From the sequence record ON286972: 64,000 nucleotides of DNA; one strand, given 5' to 3'. The stretch is from Escherichia phage A4. The position numbers and the translations under genes were made by a program. The notes under the pieces are model-generated. The model ran no database searches, was not told the origin of the DNA, and was given only the letters and a program-made list of their open reading frames with translations. Each line of letters opens with the position of its first letter. Within the stretch, counting starts at the first letter, position 1. Of this stretch, positions 34,930 through 44,970 are shown piece by piece.

Positions 34930-37588
34930 GACATGCCTCAATTCTACGAGCCATTAACTCTGCACGACGAGTTGTTTGACGATACCAAGCTGAACTACGT
35001 ATATGAGCAGCAGCACCACGATAATCACCTTTAGCTAAACATCCAAGCATACCCTTGAATTTTTGAACTTTGTATTTGCCCATTTGGAATACCATTTGAC
35101 ATAGTACTTGTTGAGCAATAACAGGTGTTTTTAAATCCCATGCCGCATATATTGATTTGGCATCATTAATTGCTTGCGTACTGTCTCGTACTAATATTGC
35201 TTCAGCTTCTGCTTCAGTTATACCACCAGAAAAATCTTCACCTCCGACAATAAGGTGTCCATATCCAATTGTAGGGAATCCACGGCTATCAATATAACGC
35301 CAGAATTTTCCATTTCTGAAATATCCAAGTGCTGTTTGATATTGGATAGTACCTTCGTGTTCTTTAAGTTCGGATATAAATTGGGAATCACCCGGAGCAA
35401 CTTTCCATCCAACGGCAGTTTTATCAACATTACCTACATTATAATTTTGTTCAACTTTTGGAGCGGTTCCTGCATTTCGAGGCTTACGTTCTCTACGACG
35501 AGGAACATGACGAGAACCACGTTGTGAATAACCAGTTCCAATAGTTCGTATGCGAGTTGATATTACCAATTCATCACTATCAGCAGATGGTCTGACCACA
35601 TCTTTAGGGTTATTTTGTGTTGATGGTTGACCCCCAATTAATGTTTTATTCGCAGCGGCAGAACCCTGACCAGTTACAGTTGTGTAGAATAATCCAGGAT
35701 CAACTGAACCACTAAAACCATAGATATTAGATGAGCGAACTCTTATTTCAAATCGTAATATACCATTAGCAGTTCCTATCACTTGTCCTTTTTCAACAAC
35801 ATCTTTATTGAATAGGTCAGAAGTTAAACCATAGAAAACAGATTTATAACCAGATTTATGCTCAACAATAAGAGCATCACCACTGATACCAACAATCCCA
35901 CCATCTGGTGCAACCACACTTCCACGGGCTTGAATTTCCCATCCACTACTATCACGCTTGGTTCCATTCTCGGTCGTTACACCCTTACCCCAATAACCAT
36001 TCTGGCGAATAGTACCGCTACATGGCATAAGCATATGCAAACCTTCAAACGTCTGCGAATAACCAGTCATTCCTGGTTCAGCCGCCATTAAATCTTGTGT
36101 TTGAACTTCACTTGTCTCTGGGGCATAATTTACAAATTGAATTGCTTCTGTTTCTTGTTGCTCTGCAAGTGTAGGTTGAACATCATTTGCTGGTTGTGGC
36201 TCAACTGGAGATGTTGTACTACCTTGACCACCACCACTTATACCAGGATCAACCCTATCACCGTGGTTTTCTGCATCTTTCCAGTTAGCAATCATATGAA
36301 TGTGGTCATTAAGACCCACTGATGGAGTTTTGAAGTCAGGAGCCATGAATGCAGCACTACCACTATTACCTGCACTATCAACTGTTAGGTTTTGACCACC
36401 ACCACTAATGTTAACGGATGAACCACCAATAACGTTTGCAGAGGATGAACCTTTAATAGATGCAGTTGACCCAGCCGTAATATCAGTACTGCTACCACTT
36501 TGAAGACGTAATGAAGCACCAGTAACCAAACGAAGATCAGCACCAGAATTAATTACAACCTGACCATTGACCTTAGCATCCAAATTACCTACCAATTCCA
36601 GTTTGGTATTTCCACCAACACGAGTATTGAAGTCTTGCCCACTTTCAATATTATAAGAACGACCTGCAACCATGTTAATATCTTGACCTGCACGAATGTT
36701 TATGTTTTTATCACAGTGCATTTCAATATCACCATCGCCAGTGAATTTAATACGAGCCGTGCCATCACGGTTAATTAATAAAACATTACCAGTAGCTTCA
36801 GAAATAAGAAGTTGTGCACCACTACGCGTTTTAATAACAATACCTTCATTCTTACGGGAACCAACACGAGTGTCATTAACTGGGTTGTTAAATTGTGTGT
36901 CTTGGTATCCATCAGGGTCTTGATCCCATGTTGGCTTGGTCAATTCTTCTTCTGTATATCCATCATCAAGAATAAAACTATTACCACGAGGTGTACTCAT
37001 ACCATATACAGTACTGGTTGTTTGACGAGTACTGCTGCGGTTTGCAACACCTGCTTCATCATCGTATAATAAGTTTTGTTTTTTCAATCCTTCAACAGCA
37101 GGAACGTTAATATATTTGTCTTGCATGTCAGTTGTGATTGTGTTACGATCATAATCAGTTACTGGTAATGGCATATCAGTACCATTGTAATTGGTATCCG
37201 CAGTTGCCATTCCAGGAACCATTGTATTCATACGTTGGTCATAAACACATCCAATCCAGTAAGCTTGGAATGTACGTGCTTGTGCAAAAATAACAACAAC
37301 AGTACATCCCACATCTGGTGGAACGGCCCAAAAACCATAACCCTTTGGATATTGTCCATAACTATCTGCACTCGGTATTCCTGGAGTTTTGCCAGCAAAC
37401 GGAGCCATATAAGAAGCTTCAATCCATGAATCTTTAGAGTTTTTATCACTTTGTGAACCTTGTATCCATACTTTTAGCTTACCAGATTTCGTAGGATCAC
37501 GGTTATCCATAACGGTTGCTAATTGTGGATAAGATGGGTCAAAACGACCCAACTGTTCCTTTGCATACTTTTTACTTGTATCTGCCAT
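34925..37588 (-). CDS. gp5: baseplate central spike, gp5-like, with C-terminal lysozyme domain
   Basis: N-terminal OB-fold-like segment (GRFDPSYPQLATVMDNRDP...), beta-helix-like repeats (aa ~285-410), an M23/LytM-like segment with zinc ligands replaced (…GILRFEIRV, aa ~505-635) and a C-terminal GH24 lysozyme domain (aa ~725-887). Confidence 0.75.
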   Translation of the reverse strand: MADTSKKYAKEQLGRFDPSYPQLATVMDNRDPTKSGKLKVWIQGSQSDKNSKDSWIEASYMAPFAGKTPGIPSADSYGQYPKGYGFWAVPPDVGCTVVVIFAQARTFQAYWIGCVYDQRMNTMVPGMATADTNYNGTDMPLPVTDYDRNTITTDMQDKYINVPAVEGLKKQNLLYDDEAGVANRSSTRQTTSTVYGMSTPRGNSFILDDGYTEEELTKPTWDQDPDGYQDTQFNNPVNDTRVGSRKNEGIVIKTRSGAQLLISEATGNVLLINRDGTARIKFTGDGDIEMHCDKNINIRAGQDINMVAGRSYNIESGQDFNTRVGGNTKLELVGNLDAKVNGQVVINSGADLRLVTGASLRLQSGSSTDITAGSTASIKGSSSANVIGGSSVNISGGGQNLTVDSAGNSGSAAFMAPDFKTPSVGLNDHIHMIANWKDAENHGDRVDPGISGGGQGSTTSPVEPQPANDVQPTLAEQQETEAIQFVNYAPETSEVQTQDLMAAEPGMTGYSQTFEGLHMLMPCSGTIRQNGYWGKGVTTENGTKRDSSGWEIQARGSVVAPDGGIVGISGDALIVEHKSGYKSVFYGLTSDLFNKDVVEKGQVIGTANGILRFEIRVRSSNIYGFSGSVDPGLFYTTVTGQGSAAANKTLIGGQPSTQNNPKDVVRPSADSDELVISTRIRTIGTGYSQRGSRHVPRRRERKPRNAGTAPKVEQNYNVGNVDKTAVGWKVAPGDSQFISELKEHEGTIQYQTALGYFRNGKFWRYIDSRGFPTIGYGHLIVGGEDFSGGITEAEAEAILVRDSTQAINDAKSIYAAWDLKTPVIAQQVLCQMVFQMGKYKVQKFKGMLGCLAKGDYRGAAAHIRSSAWYRQTTRRAELMARRIEACQ

Positions 37589-39738
37589 TACTCACCACCT
37601 GGGTTTATTATACTATCTTTACGTTTAAGTGCACGAGCGACAATAGCACCTTGAATTTGTTGCGTGAAAGTACCGTTTGTACCAAAATCATGAATTATTT
37701 TGTTTACGCGATAGATTGTTTCGTTGAATGTGGTTGGCGTGGTTATGTCCAAAATACCAGTATTATCATTAATTGAAACTACTGGTTGTAATTTCAATAA
37801 CAAATATGCTTCAGTTGAAATATAATTTGCATATTTGAAATCCTCTGGATTTATATATAATGCTTCACCATTTACCAACATATCCAAATATTGAAGATAT
37901 GCATGATCACCCCATCCCAACCAATATGGGTCACCAATAACACGCATATCCAACTTACACATAAATGGACGGTTATAATAGTTGTCGCGTATTTTACGTC
38001 TGTCCATTTCATATGTACTGCTATTATCGTTATCAGATGCTGATAAGGTTGTATGGTTATTTGTTGCTTCAGTTGGTATAGTGAATATTTCACCTCTACG
38101 GTCGCCAATACCATCAGCACCCATATCATTTTCTTCATATACACTACGATAATCTTCAATGTATTCTGGAAGGACATGAACTTTATAATTCATATAAGCA
38201 TCTTGTTCTGCTTGATTACCCACACCCATTGCATTTTTTAATTGCTCATCTATTTCATTAAGTAAAGCTGTTTGGGCTTGTGTTATAATTTCACCTTTAC
38301 TTCGTGCTTTTCTTATATCACTAGTTTTATTCCAAGCATCCAACGGGTTACTATATTGAACCCCTTGTATGGTCAATTCTTGTGATGCATGTGTACCACT
38401 TCTGTTACCTTGGTCTTGTATTGGGCCTGGGTTACGTGTAGTAGCTACATAAAATTGTTGGTCGAAATTCATATCCAAATCTAATATTTCATTATTCAAT
38501 CCACTGAATTGATAATTGTATATTTTCATTCTTAACTTTTCTTCATTATCTCTAGGGTCAAGATAACGTTCAGAGTTTTCTAGGAATGTCTCGAAGTTAA
38601 AGTTTTCTGGCTGTAAATCGGATTCATGAACAACATCACCAATACGAAAACGAACAATATTAAAAATAACTTTATATACTGATGTGTTACGTAAATTATC
38701 AAAACCAACATATTGTTTAAGTGGGATTATATTAACAAATTGACGAACGCTAGTACTATCCCCTTCACGAACAGTACATGCATCAATAACATCATCAATT
38801 ATTCTTGATATTGGTGTACTTGGATTCCATGAAAAGTTTTTAGAACCCTGTGAACCATTTTTTGTTGAAGTTACTTCAGTCATTTGTTTAGAATCATAGT
38901 TTATGAACATATCAGCAAGTTCAGGTGCAACTTTAAATTCAAAAAATTTACCTTCTGCCAGTTCTGGAAATTTCATACACAAATAACCATACTGTTGTTC
39001 TGACATTTCATTTAACTTATCTTCCAAATCATAACAAAATGCTCCAAATTGTGCAGCAGTACATGAGAATGTTTCTTTTAATGTCCATTCTACGTTATCA
39101 ACCAATGCAGCACGATTGTGTACTAAGTTAATGGTATATAACATTGTACTACCAGTTGTACTGGCACTTGCTTTAACGTTGTTAATCTTCACTGACCAAC
39201 GTTTTGTAGTGTTTGGTATGACTTGAGGAACACCATCTTCATTATAACCAATGAACTTTAGTTCAAGGATTAATGGTAAATCCATAAATTTATGATAACG
39301 AAGTTTATTACTTAATGATATCAACTCATCATAAAAACTCATACTATTGTTTTCTGACATACTTATTGAAGCAGTATTAAATGTATAGTTTGTTGTCATA
39401 CCAGGAGTTGAGGGACCAGCTTGCGTCATCTGAACATTTGTGATATTATACTTACCAGTAACACCACTTTCAGTGATTACATAACGTTGAACTTCAGCAT
39501 CTGGATTTGACCAGAACATTTTAAAGTCATCTTTATCTAAGGCAAACAAAGTAAAGTGCCATGTTGCTGAATTGTATTTTAATAAAACATTTTCATTGTC
39601 AATAATAAAATCAGAAATCTTTTTATCGTCATAAATTCTATCAGTATGTGTGCTTTGGATTGGTTTTGATTGTACATTACTTACTTTAGCACCATATTTG
39701 TTACTCTGACTAGGGTCTAGTCCAATTTTAGTATCCAT
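37588..39738 (-). CDS. baseplate hub-position protein (hypothetical)
   Basis: 716-aa ORF whose stop overlaps the gp5-like start (TAATG); sits where gp27/gpD-type hubs lie; no direct motif match seen. Confidence 0.35.
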   Translation of the reverse strand: MDTKIGLDPSQSNKYGAKVSNVQSKPIQSTHTDRIYDDKKISDFIIDNENVLLKYNSATWHFTLFALDKDDFKMFWSNPDAEVQRYVITESGVTGKYNITNVQMTQAGPSTPGMTTNYTFNTASISMSENNSMSFYDELISLSNKLRYHKFMDLPLILELKFIGYNEDGVPQVIPNTTKRWSVKINNVKASASTTGSTMLYTINLVHNRAALVDNVEWTLKETFSCTAAQFGAFCYDLEDKLNEMSEQQYGYLCMKFPELAEGKFFEFKVAPELADMFINYDSKQMTEVTSTKNGSQGSKNFSWNPSTPISRIIDDVIDACTVREGDSTSVRQFVNIIPLKQYVGFDNLRNTSVYKVIFNIVRFRIGDVVHESDLQPENFNFETFLENSERYLDPRDNEEKLRMKIYNYQFSGLNNEILDLDMNFDQQFYVATTRNPGPIQDQGNRSGTHASQELTIQGVQYSNPLDAWNKTSDIRKARSKGEIITQAQTALLNEIDEQLKNAMGVGNQAEQDAYMNYKVHVLPEYIEDYRSVYEENDMGADGIGDRRGEIFTIPTEATNNHTTLSASDNDNSSTYEMDRRKIRDNYYNRPFMCKLDMRVIGDPYWLGWGDHAYLQYLDMLVNGEALYINPEDFKYANYISTEAYLLLKLQPVVSINDNTGILDITTPTTFNETIYRVNKIIHDFGTNGTFTQQIQGAIVARALKRKDSIINPGGE

Positions 39739-39749
39739 GTGTTACTCCA

Positions 39750-40064
39750 TTAACCTACACTGCGTGTACCATTCAGGTATGCTTGAATGCGTTGACTTGA
39801 AGGTATTCTAATAGTTATACCAGTTTGAAAGTTGTAAATAGGGTCTTCACCCAATAAATCAGGGTTAAGTAATGCAAATACGTAATACAAACGCTCATTG
39901 CCATACATTTCATACGCTAAACGCCACGGTTGGTGGTTGTACTTTGCAGGTATTTCATAAAAATCATCAGTATCTGCTGGAATTATGTCACGAGGTAATG
40001 TATAATCCAGATACCATGTTTGTTTAACTTTTGCATAAGGTGAATATTGACTATAGTTTGACAT
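39750..40064 (-). CDS. LysM-like small baseplate protein (tail protein X-like)
   Basis: 104-aa ORF; YEIPAKYNHQPWRLAYEMYGNERLYYVFALLNP...GITIRIP fits a LysM-like fold as in P2 gpX / T4 gp53. Confidence 0.45.
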   Translation of the reverse strand: MSNYSQYSPYAKVKQTWYLDYTLPRDIIPADTDDFYEIPAKYNHQPWRLAYEMYGNERLYYVFALLNPDLLGEDPIYNFQTGITIRIPSSQRIQAYLNGTRSVG

Positions 40065-40822
40065 TAAATGAATCCTCCATTGCGAAGCATATCACCACGC
40101 TTAAATGCGTTAAGATTAAACTTCTTAGTCATAAATTCTGATGTTGGTTGCTCTTCTAATTGAATAGTTACAGATATCTTTTGTGGAACCCACACTTCAT
40201 CTTGTGGATTCATGTACCCAGAACTTCTTAATTGTTCAAAAAATTGTCTACTATCCATATCGGACAAATTAAAAGTACTGTTACTACTATCCAATGGTAC
40301 TTGAATATAAGAAACATCATTTGGATAGGTAAAATTATATGATTTCATTACTACAGGAATATCATTATATGTATAACGACCATACCCACTTAGTAATAGG
40401 ATTGGTGGTGGTGCACCAGGAACAGCTAAATCGGGGTTATTAGCTGATGCAGCTTTTCTACCAAAATCCATCAATGATACAGAGCGAATAAAATGCATAC
40501 ATGCTAAAGTGTATAGAGCTTCAGCAGCAGTATTTGCATAAAATTCACCTTGTATCGTGAAAATAGTATTACTTGTATTTTTATAGTTGTTATAGTTACT
40601 ATTTGAATGCACAGGAGACTGTGTTTCATACTGAATACTTCTTTGTTCAGTGATTGTTGGCGTTACGGTCCATACCAAACCATTGGTTGGACGCAAAAAC
40701 GATAGTAGTGTTGGGTTGGCTCCGTCACCAAAATCCCCATACACATAGTTAGCACCAGCGGCTTTAGGTCTTAGTCGGATTCGACGATCAATCATTTGTG
40801 TTACTCCATTACAAGGAAACAT
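40064..40822 (-). CDS. hypothetical baseplate protein
   Basis: 252-aa ORF, first gene of the minus-strand baseplate operon. Confidence 0.3.
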   Translation of the reverse strand: MFPCNGVTQMIDRRIRLRPKAAGANYVYGDFGDGANPTLLSFLRPTNGLVWTVTPTITEQRSIQYETQSPVHSNSNYNNYKNTSNTIFTIQGEFYANTAAEALYTLACMHFIRSVSLMDFGRKAASANNPDLAVPGAPPPILLLSGYGRYTYNDIPVVMKSYNFTYPNDVSYIQVPLDSSNSTFNLSDMDSRQFFEQLRSSGYMNPQDEVWVPQKISVTIQLEEQPTSEFMTKKFNLNAFKRGDMLRNGGFI

Positions 40823-40839
40823 TTGAAGTATTTATAGGT

Positions 40840-40867
40840 GGGACAAAGCTGATTTTAGTGCTATAAT
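40840..40867 (+). promoter_or_regulatory. sigma70-like promoter upstream of gene 55
   Basis: GGGACA-N16-TGcTATAAT. Confidence 0.5.
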
Positions 40868-40919
40868 ATTAGCGATGGCACACGGATTGTGCCTATTGGT
40901 CATTACATGGAGAGTTACA

Positions 40920-41759
40920 ATGATAAACAAGCCGAAGCGTAAGAAGTATCTGAATAACGCAGACTTATTACGTGAAATACATAAAAGTAAGATATCATAC
41001 TGCTGGCTTTTGGATAAAAGTTATGGTATGTATGATTATATTGTGTTTCATGAGTCTGAAATCACAGAAGAATTACTTGAAAAGGCAAAAGCAGCACGAA
41101 TCAAACGTTTGAATAATGAAATGCTTGATAGTGTTCGCGAAAAAGAGAATATGAGTGCTAAGAAAGCAAAGGAATATGCTGATGAGCACGGTCTATTCGT
41201 AAATGATGTACCACTGGATGAAGTGGTGATTAGAGTTATCACTGATGAGCACATTCCACCAGATACACGAGTGAATTTTGAACCATTTAAACATTATATC
41301 GTTGATAATGAAGGTATTCTGTATGAAGTTGTTCGTTCACATTGGAAAGGCGACTTGGAAGATGGCGATTTCTGCTTAACACATGGTAAAATCACAAATG
41401 AACTCGGTAAAATGTTCATTAAACTAGCCGAAGAGATCTCTCACAAATCTAACTACAGAAATTATACGTATTTGGATGAAATGATGGGTGATGCTAGAAT
41501 ACAATTAGTTAAAAATGCACTTCTCTTTAAAGAGAGTATCTTGTATAAGAAAGATAAACCCGCTGTCCAACTAAATCCTTTCTCATACTATACGTCATTC
41601 GTTAACAATAGCTTCCGTTCTATTTTGAACAGTGAGAAGAATGTACGTAACATTCGCGACGACCTTCTTGAGATGCATGGTTTTACACCATCACATACAA
41701 GACAGATTGAAATCGAAATGAATATGATTGAAAGGAAAAATGACGATGGCACTATTTGA
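40920..41759 (+). CDS. gp55: late-transcription sigma factor gp55-like
   Basis: KPKRKKYLNNADLLREI aligns with T4 gp55 KPKYNYVNNKELLQAI, and NPFSYYTSFVNNSFRSILNSEK with [23 protein letters not shown]. Start set at ATG 40920 (GGAGAG Shine-Dalgarno) instead of 40875. ~280 aa versus ~185 in T4. Confidence 0.75.
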   Translation: MINKPKRKKYLNNADLLREIHKSKISYCWLLDKSYGMYDYIVFHESEITEELLEKAKAARIKRLNNEMLDSVREKENMSAKKAKEYADEHGLFVNDVPLDEVVIRVITDEHIPPDTRVNFEPFKHYIVDNEGILYEVVRSHWKGDLEDGDFCLTHGKITNELGKMFIKLAEEISHKSNYRNYTYLDEMMGDARIQLVKNALLFKESILYKKDKPAVQLNPFSYYTSFVNNSFRSILNSEKNVRNIRDDLLEMHGFTPSHTRQIEIEMNMIERKNDDGTI

Positions 41760-42777
41760 TAAAGCAATTACATTCACTGATATTCATTTAGGATTAAAGA
41801 ATAACAGTAAGCAGCACAACGAAGATTGTTTGAACTTCATTAAATTTATGATTGATGAAGCCAAAAAGAAAGGTATTAAAGTATGTGTGTTTATGGGAGA
41901 TTACTTCCATAACCGCAGCAACATTAATATTCAAACATTAAACTATGGTTTACAAATTCTCCAATTACTAAATGACAACTTTGATAAAGTTTACTTCTTA
42001 GTTGGGAACCATGACATGTATCATAAAAACAAACGCGATATTACAAGTATTAATATGGCACAAGTTTATGAAAACATCGAGTTCATTAATGAAATTACTA
42101 CAATCGACGATTGTACTTTCATTCCATTTATGATTGAAGATGAATACAAAATGCTACCTAAATTACAAAGCAAATATGTATTTGGTCATCTTGAATTACC
42201 TGGATATTTGCTTAACAAAATGGTAGAAATGCCAGATCATGGCAAAGAGACTGAAGGTTCTTTTGGTGGTTGTGAGTATGTTTTTAGTGGGCATTTCCAT
42301 AAACGACAATCAAAACTCACATCCAAAGGAACTCGTGTCATTTATACTGGTAACTGTTTCCCTCATAACTTCTCAGACACATGGGATGATGCTAGAGGTG
42401 TTATGATTCTTGAACACGGTTCAGAACCAACATTCAAATCATGGGATGCTGCACCGAAATACAGAACATTTACTTTGTCAGAGCTACTAACTGATCCAAG
42501 TTATTACTTACAAGATAACTCTATCTCGAAAGTTCAGGTTGATATTCCAATCACAACTGATGAGATTAGTTTTATTCGTGATACTTTTACTAAACTTTAT
42601 AATATTCGTGAGTTTAACGTTGTTACAAGTAAACAAAGTATCAAAGAACTTTTGGAAGAAGGTGAACACTTTGAAAGTACTGAATCAGTTGATGAGATAG
42701 TTTTACAACAAATCATGGAAATTGATTCTCCAATGTTCGACAAGAATCTACTAATACAAATCTATAGATCATTATAA
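41746..42777 (+). CDS. gp47: recombination endonuclease subunit gp47 (Mre11/SbcD-like)
   Basis: Metallophosphoesterase motifs FTDIHLG, GDYFHNR, VGNHD, GHFH; start at ATG 41746 after AAGGA; overlaps gene 55 end by 14 nt. Confidence 0.85.
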   Translation: MALFDKAITFTDIHLGLKNNSKQHNEDCLNFIKFMIDEAKKKGIKVCVFMGDYFHNRSNINIQTLNYGLQILQLLNDNFDKVYFLVGNHDMYHKNKRDITSINMAQVYENIEFINEITTIDDCTFIPFMIEDEYKMLPKLQSKYVFGHLELPGYLLNKMVEMPDHGKETEGSFGGCEYVFSGHFHKRQSKLTSKGTRVIYTGNCFPHNFSDTWDDARGVMILEHGSEPTFKSWDAAPKYRTFTLSELLTDPSYYLQDNSISKVQVDIPITTDEISFIRDTFTKLYNIREFNVVTSKQSIKELLEEGEHFESTESVDEIVLQQIMEIDSPMFDKNLLIQIYRSL

Positions 42778-42786
42778 GGGACACGG

Positions 42787-44934
42787 ATGTTAAACATTAC
42801 ACGTATAACAATGAGGAATTTCTTTTCCTTTGGTAATGCACCACAAGTTATTGATTTAAATGGTGCTGACATATCTTTAGTACTCGGTCAAAACAATGAT
42901 GCTGTCATTGAAGGTGGTGATAGTTCTGGTCGTCGTAACGGTGTAGGTAAAAGTGCAATTATTCAAGGTCTTGTTTTTGGACTATTTGGAAAAAGTATTG
43001 GTAACGATATTAAAATTCCAAACTTAGTTAATAAAACAAATGCTAAAAATTGTGAAGTTACCGTTGAGTTCGAGAAAGACGGTATACAATACCTTGTTGA
43101 GCGTGGGCGTAGTCCCACATATTTCAATTTCATCACTCTAGGTCAGGACAATAAAGTTCTCGATGAATCAAGAGGTGAAAAGAAAGATACACAAGAAGAT
43201 CTAAATGAAATTCTCGGAATCTCTCAATTACTTTTTGAGCACATTGTAGTACTGAATGCTAACGTTGAACCTTTCCTTGCTCTTTCTTCACAGAAACAAC
43301 GTGATATGATTGAAGAGCTATTAGGTATTACCCAATTAACAGAGAAAGCTGAACTGTTAAAGGATATGAACAAAGAGTCAAAACGTTTAGCTGACCAAGA
43401 GAAGTTTAAAATTGAAACAGTTGCAGCAAGTAATGAACGCATTCAACGCAGCATTGAAACCTTACAGGAACAGGCTAATAAGTTTGAAATTGATAAGGCT
43501 AATAGAGTGCAAAAACTAAAAAGTGAATTGGAAGTATACAGTACTTTTGTATTTTCTGATTTATATGCTGCTGCTGAAGAGAAAGAAGAAGCACTTCTAC
43601 ACATCTCTAAACGTTTACAACTCGAACGTAGAGTTCAAGAACTTGCAGTGAAATATGATCAGTACGATAGAGAACTAGCCACTAATAAAAATATTATTCA
43701 GCATAGTATCGATAAATTAAAAACTATTGATATTGAATCTGAATTAAAAAACCATGAAGAAATGGAACTGTGGAAACAACTAGAATCTATCTTAAAAGAT
43801 AATCAGTTGCAAAAGAATTTCAAAACACAGAAACTAAATTCACTAAATCTTTCGTTGAATGCTCATATTAAATCTCTTACAGCAGAAGAAGAGAAATTAA
43901 AATCAGTTGAGGATAGTAAATGTCCACTTTGTTTATCAGAGTTGGAGCATAATGAGCATGGTAATGGTATAAAAGATAAGATTAATGATACTATTCGTCT
44001 AATCAGAGAAAATATAAGTAAGGTTGAGTTGGAAATTGCAACACTATCAGATGAAATCAATGCAATTGAGATATTTGATATGCCCCCTAAACCTGTAACT
44101 TTCTATAATACCCTTACCGAAGCCCAAATGCATGACCATAAGCTACAAGAACTTATTAAAAAGAGTGAGGAAGAACAAATTAACATCTACCGTGATGAAC
44201 TAATGTCTTCTTATGAGGCTCTTGATGCATTAGAAGTAAAGGAAGTTCCAGATGCGTTGAATAAATCAGAAGTTAAAGAGTTAGAAATGACTTTTAACTC
44301 ACTTACTCAACAACTTGAACACGAATTGAACACAACTAATACGTTTATTAGTCAGATTAATACTTTAACAACCGATTCGTTGGTTCCTATTGATTATACT
44401 GACTTCAATAACCTTGAAAAATTGGCTAATCACCAAGATTTCTTAGTTAAACTATTGCTCAATAAGGATAGTTATGTTCGTAAACGTATCATTGAACAAA
44501 ATATCTCATATTTGAACTCCAGATTGCAGTATTATATTGATATGTGTGGTTCAGAACACAATGTGGTCTTCTTGAATGACCTTAGTGTTGAGATTGAGAA
44601 GAGTGGGCAGTACTTTGACTATAAACAATTGAGTCGTGGAGAACGAACACGTGTTAATATTGCATTATCATGTGCTTTCCGCGATACTTATGAATCATTA
44701 TATCAAAGTATTAATATTCTTATCATAGATGAGATGATAGATCAGGGTCTTGATTCAAGTGGTGTTCTAAGAGTATGGTCAATCTTCCAGGATATGGCTG
44801 CTGTACGTGGTAAAAACGTATATGCAATATCTCACAGAGAAGAATTACTATCTAAAACAGAAAAAATCCTTAAAGTGGTTAAAGAAGACGGTTTCAGTAC
44901 TGTTGAATATGCTACTCTTGATGATATTTTCTAA
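42787..44934 (+). CDS. gp46: recombination endonuclease ATPase gp46 (Rad50/SbcC-like)
   Basis: Walker A GRRNGVGKSAI, zinc hook CPLC, long coiled coils, signature SRGERTRVNIAL, Walker B ILIIDEMIDQGLD; aligns with T4 gp46. Confidence 0.9.
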   Translation: MLNITRITMRNFFSFGNAPQVIDLNGADISLVLGQNNDAVIEGGDSSGRRNGVGKSAIIQGLVFGLFGKSIGNDIKIPNLVNKTNAKNCEVTVEFEKDGIQYLVERGRSPTYFNFITLGQDNKVLDESRGEKKDTQEDLNEILGISQLLFEHIVVLNANVEPFLALSSQKQRDMIEELLGITQLTEKAELLKDMNKESKRLADQEKFKIETVAASNERIQRSIETLQEQANKFEIDKANRVQKLKSELEVYSTFVFSDLYAAAEEKEEALLHISKRLQLERRVQELAVKYDQYDRELATNKNIIQHSIDKLKTIDIESELKNHEEMELWKQLESILKDNQLQKNFKTQKLNSLNLSLNAHIKSLTAEEEKLKSVEDSKCPLCLSELEHNEHGNGIKDKINDTIRLIRENISKVELEIATLSDEINAIEIFDMPPKPVTFYNTLTEAQMHDHKLQELIKKSEEEQINIYRDELMSSYEALDALEVKEVPDALNKSEVKELEMTFNSLTQQLEHELNTTNTFISQINTLTTDSLVPIDYTDFNNLEKLANHQDFLVKLLLNKDSYVRKRIIEQNISYLNSRLQYYIDMCGSEHNVVFLNDLSVEIEKSGQYFDYKQLSRGERTRVNIALSCAFRDTYESLYQSINILIIDEMIDQGLDSSGVLRVWSIFQDMAAVRGKNVYAISHREELLSKTEKILKVVKEDGFSTVEYATLDDIF

Positions 44935-44947
44935 TATAATGAATAAA

Positions 44948-44970
44948 GGGAGCCTTAGCTCCCTTTTTTT
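44948..44970 (+). terminator. rho-independent terminator after gene 46
   Basis: GGGAGC-ctta-GCTCCC then TTTTTTT; the convergent endo VII-like stop codon lies inside the hairpin. Confidence 0.65.

Larger units (their letters stand above)
34402..35416. repeat. tandem duplicated lysozyme module (free gene plus gp5 C-terminal domain)
   Basis: 34436-34470 and 34957-34991 are near-identical at DNA level; encoded proteins share long blocks (GYFKNGKF, TIGYGHL, GLTEAEAEA, MVFQMGK, SAWYRQTT). Confidence 0.7.
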
